Below, piece after piece: positions 18,102 through 27,244 of a stretch of DNA of 52,747 nucleotides (positions within the stretch are counted from its first letter, which is position 1; each line of letters begins with the position of its first letter). A program made the translations under genes and the position numbers. A model generated the notes under the pieces. It saw nothing but the letters and a program-made list of their open reading frames with translations, did no database searches and had not been told where the DNA came from. This DNA is from a virus (lineage: Duplodnaviria; Caudoviricetes): positions 1 through 52,747 of the IMG/VR virus record IMGVR_UViG_3300025892_001683. One strand, 5' to 3'.

Positions 18102-19070
18102 TTATATAAAGTAATTTCTTACAGTTTTTACAAATAAGGACACATTCTTAGGAGGTGTTTCTTTTAAAATACCATGACCTAAACCACATACCCATCCTGT
18201 AGGATCTTCGATAGTTTTGAGCCATTTTTGGATTTCTTTTTCTAATGTTTCACTATCTTGTAAAAGTAATGTTTCGTCAAAGTTTCCTTGTACAAATCCT
18301 GTATCAACTTTCTTAAGAGTTTTGTTTAGGTCAACTGTACTATCTACACCTATACCTGCAAAATTTAAATCAATTACTTTGTTTAAACTATTATAAGGAA
18401 GTGTTCTAGAATAATATGCTGTATTGCCGACATCTGCAAGTTGTTTCAAAAGAACAACACTATATTCTTTGTCAAAATAACTCTTATTAATATTTGAAAG
18501 ACCGCTATCAAATATCATTACACAATCAGCACCTGCTTCAATTTGTTTTTTAATACTTTCTTTAAGTAATGGTACAATTACATTCTTCAAATAGTTGTGT
18601 TTGAAGTCATCGCTTACTTCTTCATCACCTATCGCATAATTTAAAATAGTCCAAGGTCCACCTACAAATCCAACTAATCCTTTTTTGTGAGATAACCTAT
18701 CTCTAGTTTGTTTAAGTGCTTTTGATTGAAAATTCAAAAACTTTAATGCTTTTCCTATGTCTTTATGATCTACCCAATTGTCTTCGTCTAGGTTCCATTC
18801 GAACTTTGGCCCTGGATTAAACTTCAACGGTAACCCTAGCCCTTCTAGATGAAACAGTATATCACTAAAAAGTATTGCTACATCAAAATCAAATTCATCA
18901 ATAGGTAGCATTGCTACATCTGATGCAAGTCTTGGAAGTTTGCACATTTGTTCAAATGACCAATCTTGTTTCATTGCCATGTATGATGATTGGTATCTAC
19001 CTGCTTGCCTCATCATCCATATTGGAGGACACTGATTTTCTCTCCGTAGTAGAGCATTCTCAAATTTCAA
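18102..19070 (-). CDS. hemE: Uroporphyrinogen decarboxylase
   Basis: PIWMMRQAGRY, AILFSDIL, GFVGGPWT, QGNFD, LGHGI. Confidence 0.93.
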   Translation of the reverse strand: MKFENALLRRENQCPPIWMMRQAGRYQSSYMAMKQDWSFEQMCKLPRLASDVAMLPIDEFDFDVAILFSDILFHLEGLGLPLKFNPGPKFEWNLDEDNWVDHKDIGKALKFLNFQSKALKQTRDRLSHKKGLVGFVGGPWTILNYAIGDEEVSDDFKHNYLKNVIVPLLKESIKKQIEAGADCVMIFDSGLSNINKSYFDKEYSVVLLKQLADVGNTAYYSRTLPYNSLNKVIDLNFAGIGVDSTVDLNKTLKKVDTGFVQGNFDETLLLQDSETLEKEIQKWLKTIEDPTGWVCGLGHGILKETPPKNVSLFVKTVRNYFI

Positions 19071-19093
19071 AAAACGATTCCTTTTTGTTTTTA

Positions 19094-19651
19094 TTATGCC
19101 GCCGCAATATTATCGTTGGCAGTCAAATAGTCCATTATATTTTCTGGTGATGTTTCGCCATATGGATCGTCATTTTCTTTTGACGCTTCTGGTTCGACAA
19201 AACCTTTTTCTACTACGCCGTCATTGATAACAACAGCGAAACGTCTTGAACGCATACCAAATCCTTTGTGTCTAAAGTCAATTAGCATACCTAATGTTTC
19301 TGCTAGTTCACCATTACCGTCTGGGATAACTTTTACGTTCTTAATGCCAAGGTGTTGCGCCCAAGCATTCATTACAAAACTATCATTAACACTTGAAACG
19401 TAAATTTCATCTATGCCTAAGGTATTAGTAATGGCTTTATAGTTTTCTTCAAATCCCGGAAGTTGATAAGTTGAACATGTTGGTGTAAATGCACCTGGTA
19501 AAGAGAACACAATAACTCTCTTACCTGCAAATAAATCATCAGTAGTCTTACCTACAAATTCGCCGCCAATTGGACAGCCGCCGTCTTCTGGTGCTTCATC
19601 GCCTACTCTACACTGAAAGGTAATAGTAGGAATCTTCTTTTCTTCAATCAT
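19094..19651 (-). CDS. Peroxiredoxin (Prx5-like)
   Basis: FSLPGAFTPTCS, SVNDSFVMNAW, PDGNG, GMRSRR. Confidence 0.93.
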   Translation of the reverse strand: MIEEKKIPTITFQCRVGDEAPEDGGCPIGGEFVGKTTDDLFAGKRVIVFSLPGAFTPTCSTYQLPGFEENYKAITNTLGIDEIYVSSVNDSFVMNAWAQHLGIKNVKVIPDGNGELAETLGMLIDFRHKGFGMRSRRFAVVINDGVVEKGFVEPEASKENDDPYGETSPENIMDYLTANDNIAAA

Positions 19652-19747
19652 ATAGTTTTTTAGTCCTGTTAGTTTGCTTTAAAATTTTTTAAAGTCTATT
19701 GCATTATATTTTATCTATAATAATATGTCAAGCACTTATTCTTGAAA

Positions 19748-20024
19748 GTGCAACTTTTCTGTTGCCAGGTAAGTTGCCAACCCCGTCACCTAGTTAAACT
19801 AGGCAGCAAGAGCAAAGTTTTCGTTTGCGTCTATCGTTTTGTTCGCGATAACGGTGCTTACATCCCGGTAATCTCGTTCACCTTTAACAAGCCAGTCGAT
19901 CCTAGTTCGCCCCCATCATAAGCACATTAAATTGTCTGTGTTAATCTTCAATGTGCTTATGGTGGAGGCGTCGGGTACTGCCCCCGAGTCCTGTTCTTGT
20001 GACATATGATGCTGTCATCAATTA
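19748..20024 (-). ncRNA. ssrA: Circularly permuted (two-piece) tmRNA; tag ANENFALAA
   Basis: Acceptor piece ends CGCCUCCACCA at 19960; hairpin intervening segment 19959-19915; coding piece starts GGGGGCG at 19914 (G3-U Ala identity pair); tag 19828-19799; GGCAGUA T-loop; outer ends approximate. Confidence 0.93.
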
Positions 20025-20029
20025 CACTA

Positions 20030-20060
20030 TATTTATAACACCTTTTTAAAGGTTTGTCAA
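20030..20060 (-). promoter_or_regulatory. Dual early/late promoter for tmRNA
   Basis: TTGACA-N17-TATAAA, with the -10 box embedded in TATAAATA. Confidence 0.7.
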
Positions 20061-20074
20061 TCTTTTTTTAAGAA

Positions 20075-20165
20075 TGGTAGCAGTGGCCGGATTCGAACCG
20101 ACATCAGCCAATTATCTGTTGCTACGGAGTATAAACCCGCTGTTTTACCATTAAACTACACTGCC
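20075..20165 (-). tRNA. tRNA with UAU anticodon (Ile) and long variable arm
   Basis: GGCAGTG/CACTGCT acceptor stem, A73, CCA; anticodon loop TTTATAC; about 21-nt variable region; GTTCGAATC T-arm. Confidence 0.85.
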
Positions 20166-20171
20166 AAAGAA

Positions 20172-20246
20172 TGGTGGGCCCGGAGAGAATCGAACTCCCG
20201 ACAAGACCGTTATGAGCGGCCGGTTCTACCACTGAACTACAAGCCC
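20172..20246 (-). tRNA. tRNA-CAU, most likely Ile2 (lysidine-modified)
   Basis: GGGCTTG/CGGGCCC acceptor stem, GGCCG-CTCATAA-CGGTC anticodon arm, encoded CCA; no initiator features. Confidence 0.85.
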
Positions 20247-20253
20247 TGTATTC

Positions 20254-20430
20254 TTAATGTATTGTGTCTACGCCCGGTATGGGGTTTGGATATTCTGCTA
20301 TGAGAAGTATGTCGTCTATTTTGATTTCTGGATGTTGTTCTTCTAGGGTAAGACATGCATCTTTAAAACCCATTGCAACGACTTCGTATATATCGTTGTT
20401 AGTCAATTCAAAATGATATAGTATCGGCAT
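20254..20430 (-). CDS. Small hypothetical protein (58 aa)
   Basis: Translated by hand: MPILYHFELTNNDIYEV...; AAGGGA SD. Confidence 0.6.
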   Translation of the reverse strand: MPILYHFELTNNDIYEVVAMGFKDACLTLEEQHPEIKIDDILLIAEYPNPIPGVDTIH

Positions 20431-20492
20431 TTGCTTTCCCTTTTGCTAATGTTTAACTAATATAGCAGAGGTCGTTTAGTTTGTCAACCTTT

Positions 20493-20798
20493 TTATGCAA
20501 CTTCTTGATAAGGTATTTTTTCTTTTTGTGATGATTTTTGTGTGTCTGGACGAAGCGGTTCTAGCCAACTGTCTGCAATATATGCTTTAGGTGTATCACC
20601 AAACATATTGCTTAGGCCTTCTCCGCTTATCCACCAATAATGATCTGCAACAGGGACAACGCAGGTAACACCTCTAAAATCAAATCTGCCTCCTGCATCA
20701 AATTTACCAATATATTTGTCAACAAGAACTATCTTACCGATGTTGTTCTCGTTTACCGAAAATATAATTTTTGCTAAATCTCCCTGTTCGCACTTCAT
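20493..20798 (-). CDS. Hypothetical protein
   Basis: ORF track; MKC..GDLA.I...N.G.IV...IADSWLEPLRP. Confidence 0.75.
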   Translation of the reverse strand: MKCEQGDLAKIIFSVNENNIGKIVLVDKYIGKFDAGGRFDFRGVTCVVPVADHYWWISGEGLSNMFGDTPKAYIADSWLEPLRPDTQKSSQKEKIPYQEVA

Positions 20799-20799
20799 A

Positions 20800-21219
20800 T
20801 TATTTTAACCAAGCAATCCTTTTGCCTGCCTTTACTCTACGTTTTTGTTCTTCAACTGAACCTGGATATCTCCAAGCCCATATTGCTACTAATGCCATTG
20901 AACCACCTGTCCAAGCCACTGCGGCAATGTTGTATGTAGTAAACCAAAAGAAAGCAAGTGATGATGCCATCACAGCAATCATTAAATATTTTCCTTTTGT
21001 AGGAAATACTTTCTTCTGTACCCAGTTTGTTAAGAACGGTCCAAAATATTTGTGATTGTATAACCAATCGTGCATACGTTTACTACTCTTTGCAAAACAA
21101 TATGCTGCAAATACTAAGAAGATTGAAAACGGAATACCTGGAACAACTACACCTATATAGGCCATGCCCAGTGATAAGAATCCAATTCCCATCCATATGT
21201 ATTTTTTTATTTTATTCAT
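20800..21219 (-). CDS. ybaN: YbaN/DUF454 family inner-membrane protein
   Basis: IGVVVPGIP..FL..AAYCFAKSS.R.H.WL..H..FGP....W. Confidence 0.85.
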   Translation of the reverse strand: MNKIKKYIWMGIGFLSLGMAYIGVVVPGIPFSIFLVFAAYCFAKSSKRMHDWLYNHKYFGPFLTNWVQKKVFPTKGKYLMIAVMASSLAFFWFTTYNIAAVAWTGGSMALVAIWAWRYPGSVEEQKRRVKAGKRIAWLK

Positions 21220-21265
21220 AAATCTATTACCTTTATTATTGTAAAAGTAGTTATCTATAAATTAA

Positions 21266-22183
21266 CTATGGAGATACAACTATGACTTCTTTTGTTGTAG
21301 GGTTGTAATACATTGGACTAAATCCTGCAGGAGCAGAACCGCCTGTTACTTCTCGAATAGGACTTATATATGCTTCGCCAGATCCTGAAGGAGCAATTGT
21401 TGCTAGATCTGCTGAAATTATCAATGTTTCATCTGGTTGATTCGAAGTTCCAGTAACACTTCCAATTGCTATACACTTGGCACCCTGACCGCTTCTACCA
21501 GCCGTATAACCAATTGCTATTGAATTTTGTCCTTGTGAAGTGGCTCCTGCTTCAAATCCTATTGCTATACTGTTATTACTTTGTGCAAATTCGGCAGCCT
21601 GCGCACCTATAGCAACTGCTCTATTACCGGCGTTTGTTTCTTGTGCTTTCCATCCAACTGCTGTGTTTAAGTAACCTTGATTAGTCAATCCTGAGTTCGA
21701 ACCAATAGCAACGCTACTAGATGCCTGATCTGTTTTTCCTGCTCGATATCCTATAGCAACACTAGAACGCTCAGAAGCGTGGGAGGCAAATATTCCGCCT
21801 TCACTTTGATTTTGATTACCTGCTTCAAATCCTATAGCAATACCACCTGACAGTTGACCTGTAGCACCTGCGGAAGATGCTAGAGCAATTGTTTCATCTT
21901 GTGTCCTTAGAGAAGATGCAAAAACAGAACCGTTAAGTCCGTCAATAACCAAAGTGCTGTCATCTGCAAATACACTGCCTTTAAAATCTGCTGTAATTAA
22001 TTCAGGAAGACCAGCACTTTGAAAAGTTAAATTGCCGTTTCCGTCTGTTTGTAATACTTGATTTGGTGTGCCGTCTGTCGCAGGGAACTGATAACTCCCA
22101 TCACCTCCTAGATGTGTAAAGTTGCCATCTAGTTCTTCGTAGGTTAATGCTTGTCCCTTGTCTGCACGTTTAATTAATGTCAT
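21266..22183 (-). CDS. Tail-fibre-like protein with YadA-head-like repeats
   Basis: RADKGQALTYEELDGNF N-terminus; 16-aa (S/A)(I/V)AIG..AG...Q repeats. Confidence 0.75.
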   Translation of the reverse strand: MTLIKRADKGQALTYEELDGNFTHLGGDGSYQFPATDGTPNQVLQTDGNGNLTFQSAGLPELITADFKGSVFADDSTLVIDGLNGSVFASSLRTQDETIALASSAGATGQLSGGIAIGFEAGNQNQSEGGIFASHASERSSVAIGYRAGKTDQASSSVAIGSNSGLTNQGYLNTAVGWKAQETNAGNRAVAIGAQAAEFAQSNNSIAIGFEAGATSQGQNSIAIGYTAGRSGQGAKCIAIGSVTGTSNQPDETLIISADLATIAPSGSGEAYISPIREVTGGSAPAGFSPMYYNPTTKEVIVVSP

Positions 22184-22377
22184 TCGCTAGTAGTTCCATC
22201 ATCATCGTAGTGTTTGCCTACGTAACTACTATATTTATTACCACGTGTTCCAGGATTATCTTTTATGTAATCAAAGACTACATATTCAAATCTTGCTGTT
22301 TGATTTTTTGTAGGGAGTGTTTTAAAACTAAAACCGTCTGCTGTTAGTACTGCTTCTGTATTGCTATACTTCGGCAT
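22180..22377 (-). CDS. Small hypothetical protein
   Basis: ORF track; ATGA coupling to the fibre gene. Confidence 0.65.
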   Translation of the reverse strand: MPKYSNTEAVLTADGFSFKTLPTKNQTARFEYVVFDYIKDNPGTRGNKYSSYVGKHYDDDGTTSE

Positions 22378-22381
22378 AGCA

Positions 22382-22678
22382 CTATCCGTTCGCTATAACA
22401 TTGCCACTTGCTGTGGCTGCTGCATTTGGAACCCAACTACCATGACCAGCAGTTGCATCTCCTAGTCTATGAACAGCAATACTATTAGCAAATACATTTG
22501 GTGAAGCACCTACTGCAGGGTCACCACAAGCAGTTACATCACCTAGTCTTACTGTTGAACTATCGTTTGTAAAAACATTTGGTGAGCCTGATGCGTAAGA
22601 AGTTTGATGGAAAGGACTTGGTGTAGGACTTGCGTGTCCAACGTGTACGTCCTGTCCTACTCTTACTACGCCAGGCAT
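22382..22678 (-). CDS. PAAR-domain spike tip protein (gp5.4-like)
   Basis: Three VxRxGD repeats, GSPNVF, His/Cys ligands. Confidence 0.9.
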   Translation of the reverse strand: MPGVVRVGQDVHVGHASPTPSPFHQTSYASGSPNVFTNDSSTVRLGDVTACGDPAVGASPNVFANSIAVHRLGDATAGHGSWVPNAAATASGNVIANG

Positions 22679-22965
22679 TATGTTGCTATTCCAGTTGTGC
22701 TTGTAATATATTGTTTAGACATGTCGTCTTGTGTTTTTACAACACAAACTACTTTGCTATTATCTATTGACACTGTAGCGTCAGTACCAATAGTAAACAT
22801 AAATGGTGCTAGACCTAAGCCTTTTTGTGTTGCTGTAACCATTAAAGGTTTAGACAGTACCATAGCACTGTTTTTATCTTCTTTGTATCTTGCGACAACT
22901 TCCTCGCCTGATGTAAGTTTAATAGAGACTGTGTCTCCTACTTTGTAAGGTGTTTCAATTATCAT
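22678..22965 (-). CDS. Hypothetical protein, Sm-like fold
   Basis: SIKLTSGEEVVA...Y...TTGI. Confidence 0.65.
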   Translation of the reverse strand: MIIETPYKVGDTVSIKLTSGEEVVARYKEDKNSAMVLSKPLMVTATQKGLGLAPFMFTIGTDATVSIDNSKVVCVVKTQDDMSKQYITSTTGIAT

Positions 22966-23213
22966 ATAGTGTGTCCTGTTCCGTTGTATCCTGTGTCATC
23001 TAGATACTTTTCAAATTCATTATAACCGCCAATTGTTTTACCATTAATTTTAATTTGCGGCACTGTTCTTGCACCTGGAAACCATTCAAGTAATTCTTCT
23101 CTTGAATAATCTGTTCCTAGTGATTTATATGTGTGTTCAAGTTGACGTGTTTTGCATAAGTTTACTGCCTTAACACAAAAAGGACAACTTGGTTTTCCGT
23201 ATATCTCAATCAT
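22962..23213 (-). CDS. Glutaredoxin
   Basis: CPFC, RTVPQI, IGGY. Confidence 0.92.
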   Translation of the reverse strand: MIEIYGKPSCPFCVKAVNLCKTRQLEHTYKSLGTDYSREELLEWFPGARTVPQIKINGKTIGGYNEFEKYLDDTGYNGTGHTI

Positions 23214-23353
23214 TCTTTCATCATCCATTTCTTTAAAAATTGTTGTTGTTGCTTATCTGTATATATGTATTTAGATTCGCCTGATACAAACAATCTGAAT
23301 TTCTGCAGAAGTGCAATTTTCCAATCTATCAACTGTAGTAAAAAATATCTCAT
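23210..23353 (-). CDS. Small hypothetical protein (47 aa)
   Basis: Translated by hand: MRYFLLQLIDWKIALL...; ATGA overlap with glutaredoxin. Confidence 0.55.
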   Translation of the reverse strand: MRYFLLQLIDWKIALLQKFRLFVSGESKYIYTDKQQQQFLKKWMMKE

Positions 23354-23356
23354 ACG

Positions 23357-23524
23357 TTAACCAGAATAAATTACTGATCCTTTTTTATCAGTAACTCTTA
23401 CCATAATAACATTTTGTCTTTTCTTTCCTAAAGCAGCAGAAATAGCCTGTGCTTCTGAACCGTATGATCCAATTGTTACCCAAGATTCGTATGGTGAATG
23501 TTTTTTAAATTGAGCTTTGAACAT
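23357..23524 (-). CDS. Small hypothetical protein (55 aa)
   Basis: Translated by hand: MFKAQFKKHSPYESWVTIGSYGSE...; tiles the gap after nrdB. Confidence 0.65.
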   Translation of the reverse strand: MFKAQFKKHSPYESWVTIGSYGSEAQAISAALGKKRQNVIMVRVTDKKGSVIYSG

Positions 23525-23536
23525 ACTAATACTTAT

Positions 23537-24667
23537 CTAAAGTTCGAAACCTTTGAAGGTATCTTTCTCAACATCTTGTTTAACACCCCCAACGATATAA
23601 CTTTCTACTTCTGTTTCTTGTGGAGCAACTTGCAAGCCTGAGCTAGATAGCCAGTGCTGTGTCCACGGTAAAGGATTAGTGTTTAATGGACGATCGTAGA
23701 TTGTTTTAAGTCCTAGTGCTTTTAATCTCTTATTAGCAATAAACTCTACATATGAATGTAGTAGATTTGCATTAAGTCCTACAATTGATCCTTTTGCAAA
23801 AAGATAATCTGCCCAACGCTTTTCTTCTTCAACACACTCACGCCACATTTCATAAACTTCTTCTTCACACTCTTTAGCAATCTTAACAAAATCTGGATCA
23901 TCATCACCTTTCATCCAATGCTTTAAAATGTGTGTAGATAAATTCAAATGTGTTGCTTCATCACGTGCAATCAACGAAATAATCTTTGCAGATCCTTCCA
24001 TCTTCTTTAGCTCGCCAAATGCAAACGTACATGCAAATGATACATAGAAACGTAAACCTTCTAAAATGTTTACAGTCATCATTGCTTTGTATAATTGCTT
24101 CTTGACTTCATACATATCGCCTTTCTTATGATGGAACCAATTGTCTGCAATCTCATTAAACTTGTCGTATTCTTTAGTAACACTTTCTGCTCTAGCAAGA
24201 ATTTCTTTGTCTTCTAAGATAGTATCAAATACTTCGCTAGGATTTGCATAAACATTTTTTACAATGTGTGTATATGAACGACTGTGAATTGTTTCTTGAA
24301 AGTCCCAAGCCACAATACAACTTTCTAATTCAGGATTAGAACAGTATGGTAGGAAAGCAAGACAAGGTCCACGTCCCTGTACACTATCTAATAGTGTTTG
24401 ATATTTTAAGTTACTTGTAAAAATATGTTTTTCTTCTTCACGAAAGTCTTGATAGTCTGCTCTGTCTTTCTGTAAAGAAACTTCTTCAGGTCTCCAAAAG
24501 TAACCTAACATAGTTTGATTAAGTTTGTCATACTCTGGATAACGAAATACGTCATAACGTTGTGTGTTACCGTCTTCTCCAAAGAACATAAATTCTTTAG
24601 TAAAGTCTACTTTCTTTTTGTTGAATACTGTTTTAGCCAATGTCTGTCTCTCTCTCTTTTTCGTCAT
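23537..24667 (-). CDS. nrdB: Ribonucleotide reductase class Ia beta subunit
   Basis: FWRPEEV, LLDSVQGR, ETIHSRSY, LEGLRFYVSF, RDEATH, VAPQETE. Confidence 0.97.
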   Translation of the reverse strand: MTKKRERQTLAKTVFNKKKVDFTKEFMFFGEDGNTQRYDVFRYPEYDKLNQTMLGYFWRPEEVSLQKDRADYQDFREEEKHIFTSNLKYQTLLDSVQGRGPCLAFLPYCSNPELESCIVAWDFQETIHSRSYTHIVKNVYANPSEVFDTILEDKEILARAESVTKEYDKFNEIADNWFHHKKGDMYEVKKQLYKAMMTVNILEGLRFYVSFACTFAFGELKKMEGSAKIISLIARDEATHLNLSTHILKHWMKGDDDPDFVKIAKECEEEVYEMWRECVEEEKRWADYLFAKGSIVGLNANLLHSYVEFIANKRLKALGLKTIYDRPLNTNPLPWTQHWLSSSGLQVAPQETEVESYIVGGVKQDVEKDTFKGFEL

Positions 24668-24675
24668 ACGTTCTA

Positions 24676-27066
24676 TTATATATTACATGCTTCGCATTCT
24701 TCGCCGTCATCAATATCCACAGTGATAGTTTCTTTACCATTCACATGTCCATTAACTCCATTATGGCCATTTATAGTGCCGTTCATTGTAGCACCATTAA
24801 TTTGATTGTCAACTGTAGTTTCTTCCAAACCAGCAGGTTGAACATTCTCATCATCACCCTTAAAGTCATAAGTGTTTTGATAGTAACTAGTCTTCCAACC
24901 CATCTTGTAGGTTGTTAACATATCTTTCATCATAACACTTAACGGTACTTCGTTGTTTTCAAAGTGTGTTGGGTTATAACTCCAGTTACCGCTAATTGCT
25001 TGATCGTAAAACTTCTGCATAGCAGCGACAATATTTATATAACCTTCATTGCTGGGCATATCCCAAAGCAATGTATAAAAATTCTTTAGTTGACCAAACT
25101 GCGGAACAACTTGTTTAAGAGGCCCTTTCTTTGACTTCTTAATGGACAAGAAAGCTCTTGGTGGTTCAATACCGTTGGTTGCGTTTGACACAACGGAACT
25201 GCTTTCTGATGGCATCTGTGCGGACAAAGTGCTGTGCCGTAGTCCGTGCTTCTTAATATCGTTTCGTAAAGTTTTCCAATCATACTGTAACTTCGCCTTA
25301 ATAACATTATCGACATCTTTCTTATATGTGTCAATGGGTAAGATGCCGTCTGCATATTTAGTACGACTGAAGCCTTCACACGCACCGCGTTCTTGAGCAA
25401 GTTCGTTACTTGCAACAAGTAGATAGTATTGGAATGCTTCTGAAAGTTCGTGTACTAGTTTCCATGCCTCTGGATTATCATACTTAACTTTATGCTTTGC
25501 AAGATAGTGTGCAAGGCCAATGTAACCAATACCAAGCGAACGTCTTGATTTAGTGCTTAGTTCAGCAGCCTTAACAGGATAACCTTGATAGTCAATAATT
25601 TCTTCTAATGCTCTTACTGCAAGATCACATAAGTTTTCTAATTCTTCTAGTTTGTTAATTAAACCTACGTTAATAGCAGAAAGAATACAAAGAGCAATTT
25701 CGCCTTCTTCATCATCAATGTGTTGAATAGGCTTAGTTGGTAGTGTAATTTCTTGACACAAGTTACTCATAAAGATCGGATCTTTAAATGAACTGTGTGA
25801 GTTACAATGATCAACATTCATAATATAGATACGTCCTGTTTCAGCACGTTCTTTTAATAAGTCACCAAAAAGATCTCTTGCCTTAATTTTCTTCTTTCTA
25901 AGAGATGTTTTTCTTTCTGCTGCTTCATATACTTCTTGAAACTTATCGTTGTCACCTGAGTAAAATGCATCATACACTTCTGGGACATCGTGTGGCGAGA
26001 AAAGAGTTATGTCTTTATCAGCCAACAGCCTTTCGTAAAATACTTTATTGATTTGAATTGAATAATCTAATTTACGTACACGATTGTCTTCAGTACCTTT
26101 GTTATTTTTAAGTACAAGAATATCTTCAATCTCATAATGCCAAATAGGAAAGTGTGTAGTTGCACTACCACCACGTACACCATTTTGTGTACAACTTCTT
26201 ACTGTGCTTTCGTAAACTTTTAAGAATGGGACAACGCCTGTATGGGCTACTTCTCCACCTCGTATTTTTGAATTGATTGCTCTTGTTCTTCCTGAGTTAA
26301 TCCCAATTCCTGCCCTTTGAGCAATGTAGTAACCGATCGCGCTATTAGAGCTAAAGATACTAGGAAGAGTATCATCCACATCAACAAGAACACAACTGGC
26401 AAACTGACGAATAGGAGTACGCACTCCTGCCATGACAGGGGTTGGTATGTTGATTTTAAAAAGTGAAGTCGCGTCATAATATTTTTTCACGTATGATAAA
26501 CGTGTCTCCTTAGGATATTCAGCAAATAGTGTTGCAGCAATCATCATATACATATGCTGTGGCGTTTCAAAAATGTCGCCGTTACTTCTATCCTGACACA
26601 AGTACTTATCTACAACTTGACGTAATCCAGCGTATGTAAATTCTTCGTTACGATCATGTTTGATATATGTGTTTAATTTTTTTAGTTCAGTGTCTGTATA
26701 TTTTTCTTTAATATTAGAATCGTATACGCCACGCTTAATATTCATATCGATAATTTCTGTTAACGACTGATGTTCGTATCTACCGTAAACTTTTTTATGT
26801 AAAGTATACAGTAACAATCTTGCTGCTGCATATTGATAGTTAGGTGCTTCTAATGATATAAGATCATTAGCACTCTTTACTAATATATTTTGAATTTCAT
26901 CTGTTGTCATGCCGTCATAAAATTGTAAATCAGCATTCATCTCTATTTGAGATGCACTTACACCAGAAAGACCGTTACAAGCCTCATCGACTACAAAGTG
27001 CATCTTATCTAAATTTAGTATTTCCTTGGAGCCGGAACGCTTCGTGATGTAAATCTCTTTTGTCAT
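24676..27066 (-). CDS. nrdA: Ribonucleotide reductase class Ia alpha subunit
   Basis: ATP cone, RQFASCVL, SNLCQEI, QMPSESSS, TSYY, C-terminal CEAC. Confidence 0.97.
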   Translation of the reverse strand: MTKEIYITKRSGSKEILNLDKMHFVVDEACNGLSGVSASQIEMNADLQFYDGMTTDEIQNILVKSANDLISLEAPNYQYAAARLLLYTLHKKVYGRYEHQSLTEIIDMNIKRGVYDSNIKEKYTDTELKKLNTYIKHDRNEEFTYAGLRQVVDKYLCQDRSNGDIFETPQHMYMMIAATLFAEYPKETRLSYVKKYYDATSLFKINIPTPVMAGVRTPIRQFASCVLVDVDDTLPSIFSSNSAIGYYIAQRAGIGINSGRTRAINSKIRGGEVAHTGVVPFLKVYESTVRSCTQNGVRGGSATTHFPIWHYEIEDILVLKNNKGTEDNRVRKLDYSIQINKVFYERLLADKDITLFSPHDVPEVYDAFYSGDNDKFQEVYEAAERKTSLRKKKIKARDLFGDLLKERAETGRIYIMNVDHCNSHSSFKDPIFMSNLCQEITLPTKPIQHIDDEEGEIALCILSAINVGLINKLEELENLCDLAVRALEEIIDYQGYPVKAAELSTKSRRSLGIGYIGLAHYLAKHKVKYDNPEAWKLVHELSEAFQYYLLVASNELAQERGACEGFSRTKYADGILPIDTYKKDVDNVIKAKLQYDWKTLRNDIKKHGLRHSTLSAQMPSESSSVVSNATNGIEPPRAFLSIKKSKKGPLKQVVPQFGQLKNFYTLLWDMPSNEGYINIVAAMQKFYDQAISGNWSYNPTHFENNEVPLSVMMKDMLTTYKMGWKTSYYQNTYDFKGDDENVQPAGLEETTVDNQINGATMNGTINGHNGVNGHVNGKETITVDIDDGEECEACNI

Positions 27067-27244
27067 CTTTTTTTCTTGCCTCTATTCCTTAATTATTTGT
27101 ATAAGGGTATTTATCAGGATTGGTTTTACCCACCCATATTACAGAACAAATGAAGATACCTTTTCTTCATGTGCATTTAATTAGTTTTTATTGTAACAGA
27201 AAGTGTTCAAGAACGCAATAGAAAAAGCGTTCAAAAGCGCAAAA

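Noticed and set aside
15344-19651. Host chromosome fragment or prophage boundary
   Set aside because: The host-like genes are single, lack their usual operon partners, and are interleaved with phage promoters and core genes; no integrase or att site is seen
19690-19732. OxyR box upstream of the peroxiredoxin
   Set aside because: Only partial ATAG elements with wrong spacing in very AT-rich DNA; explained by the TTGACA-N17-TATAAT promoter
20172-20246. Initiator tRNA-fMet
   Set aside because: G1-C72 is paired and the anticodon stem lacks the consecutive GGG/CCC; the body fits Ile2 better, though elongator Met is not fully excluded
23537-27066. Introns or inteins in nrdA/nrdB
   Set aside because: Both ORFs are continuous and of normal length, with no splice motifs
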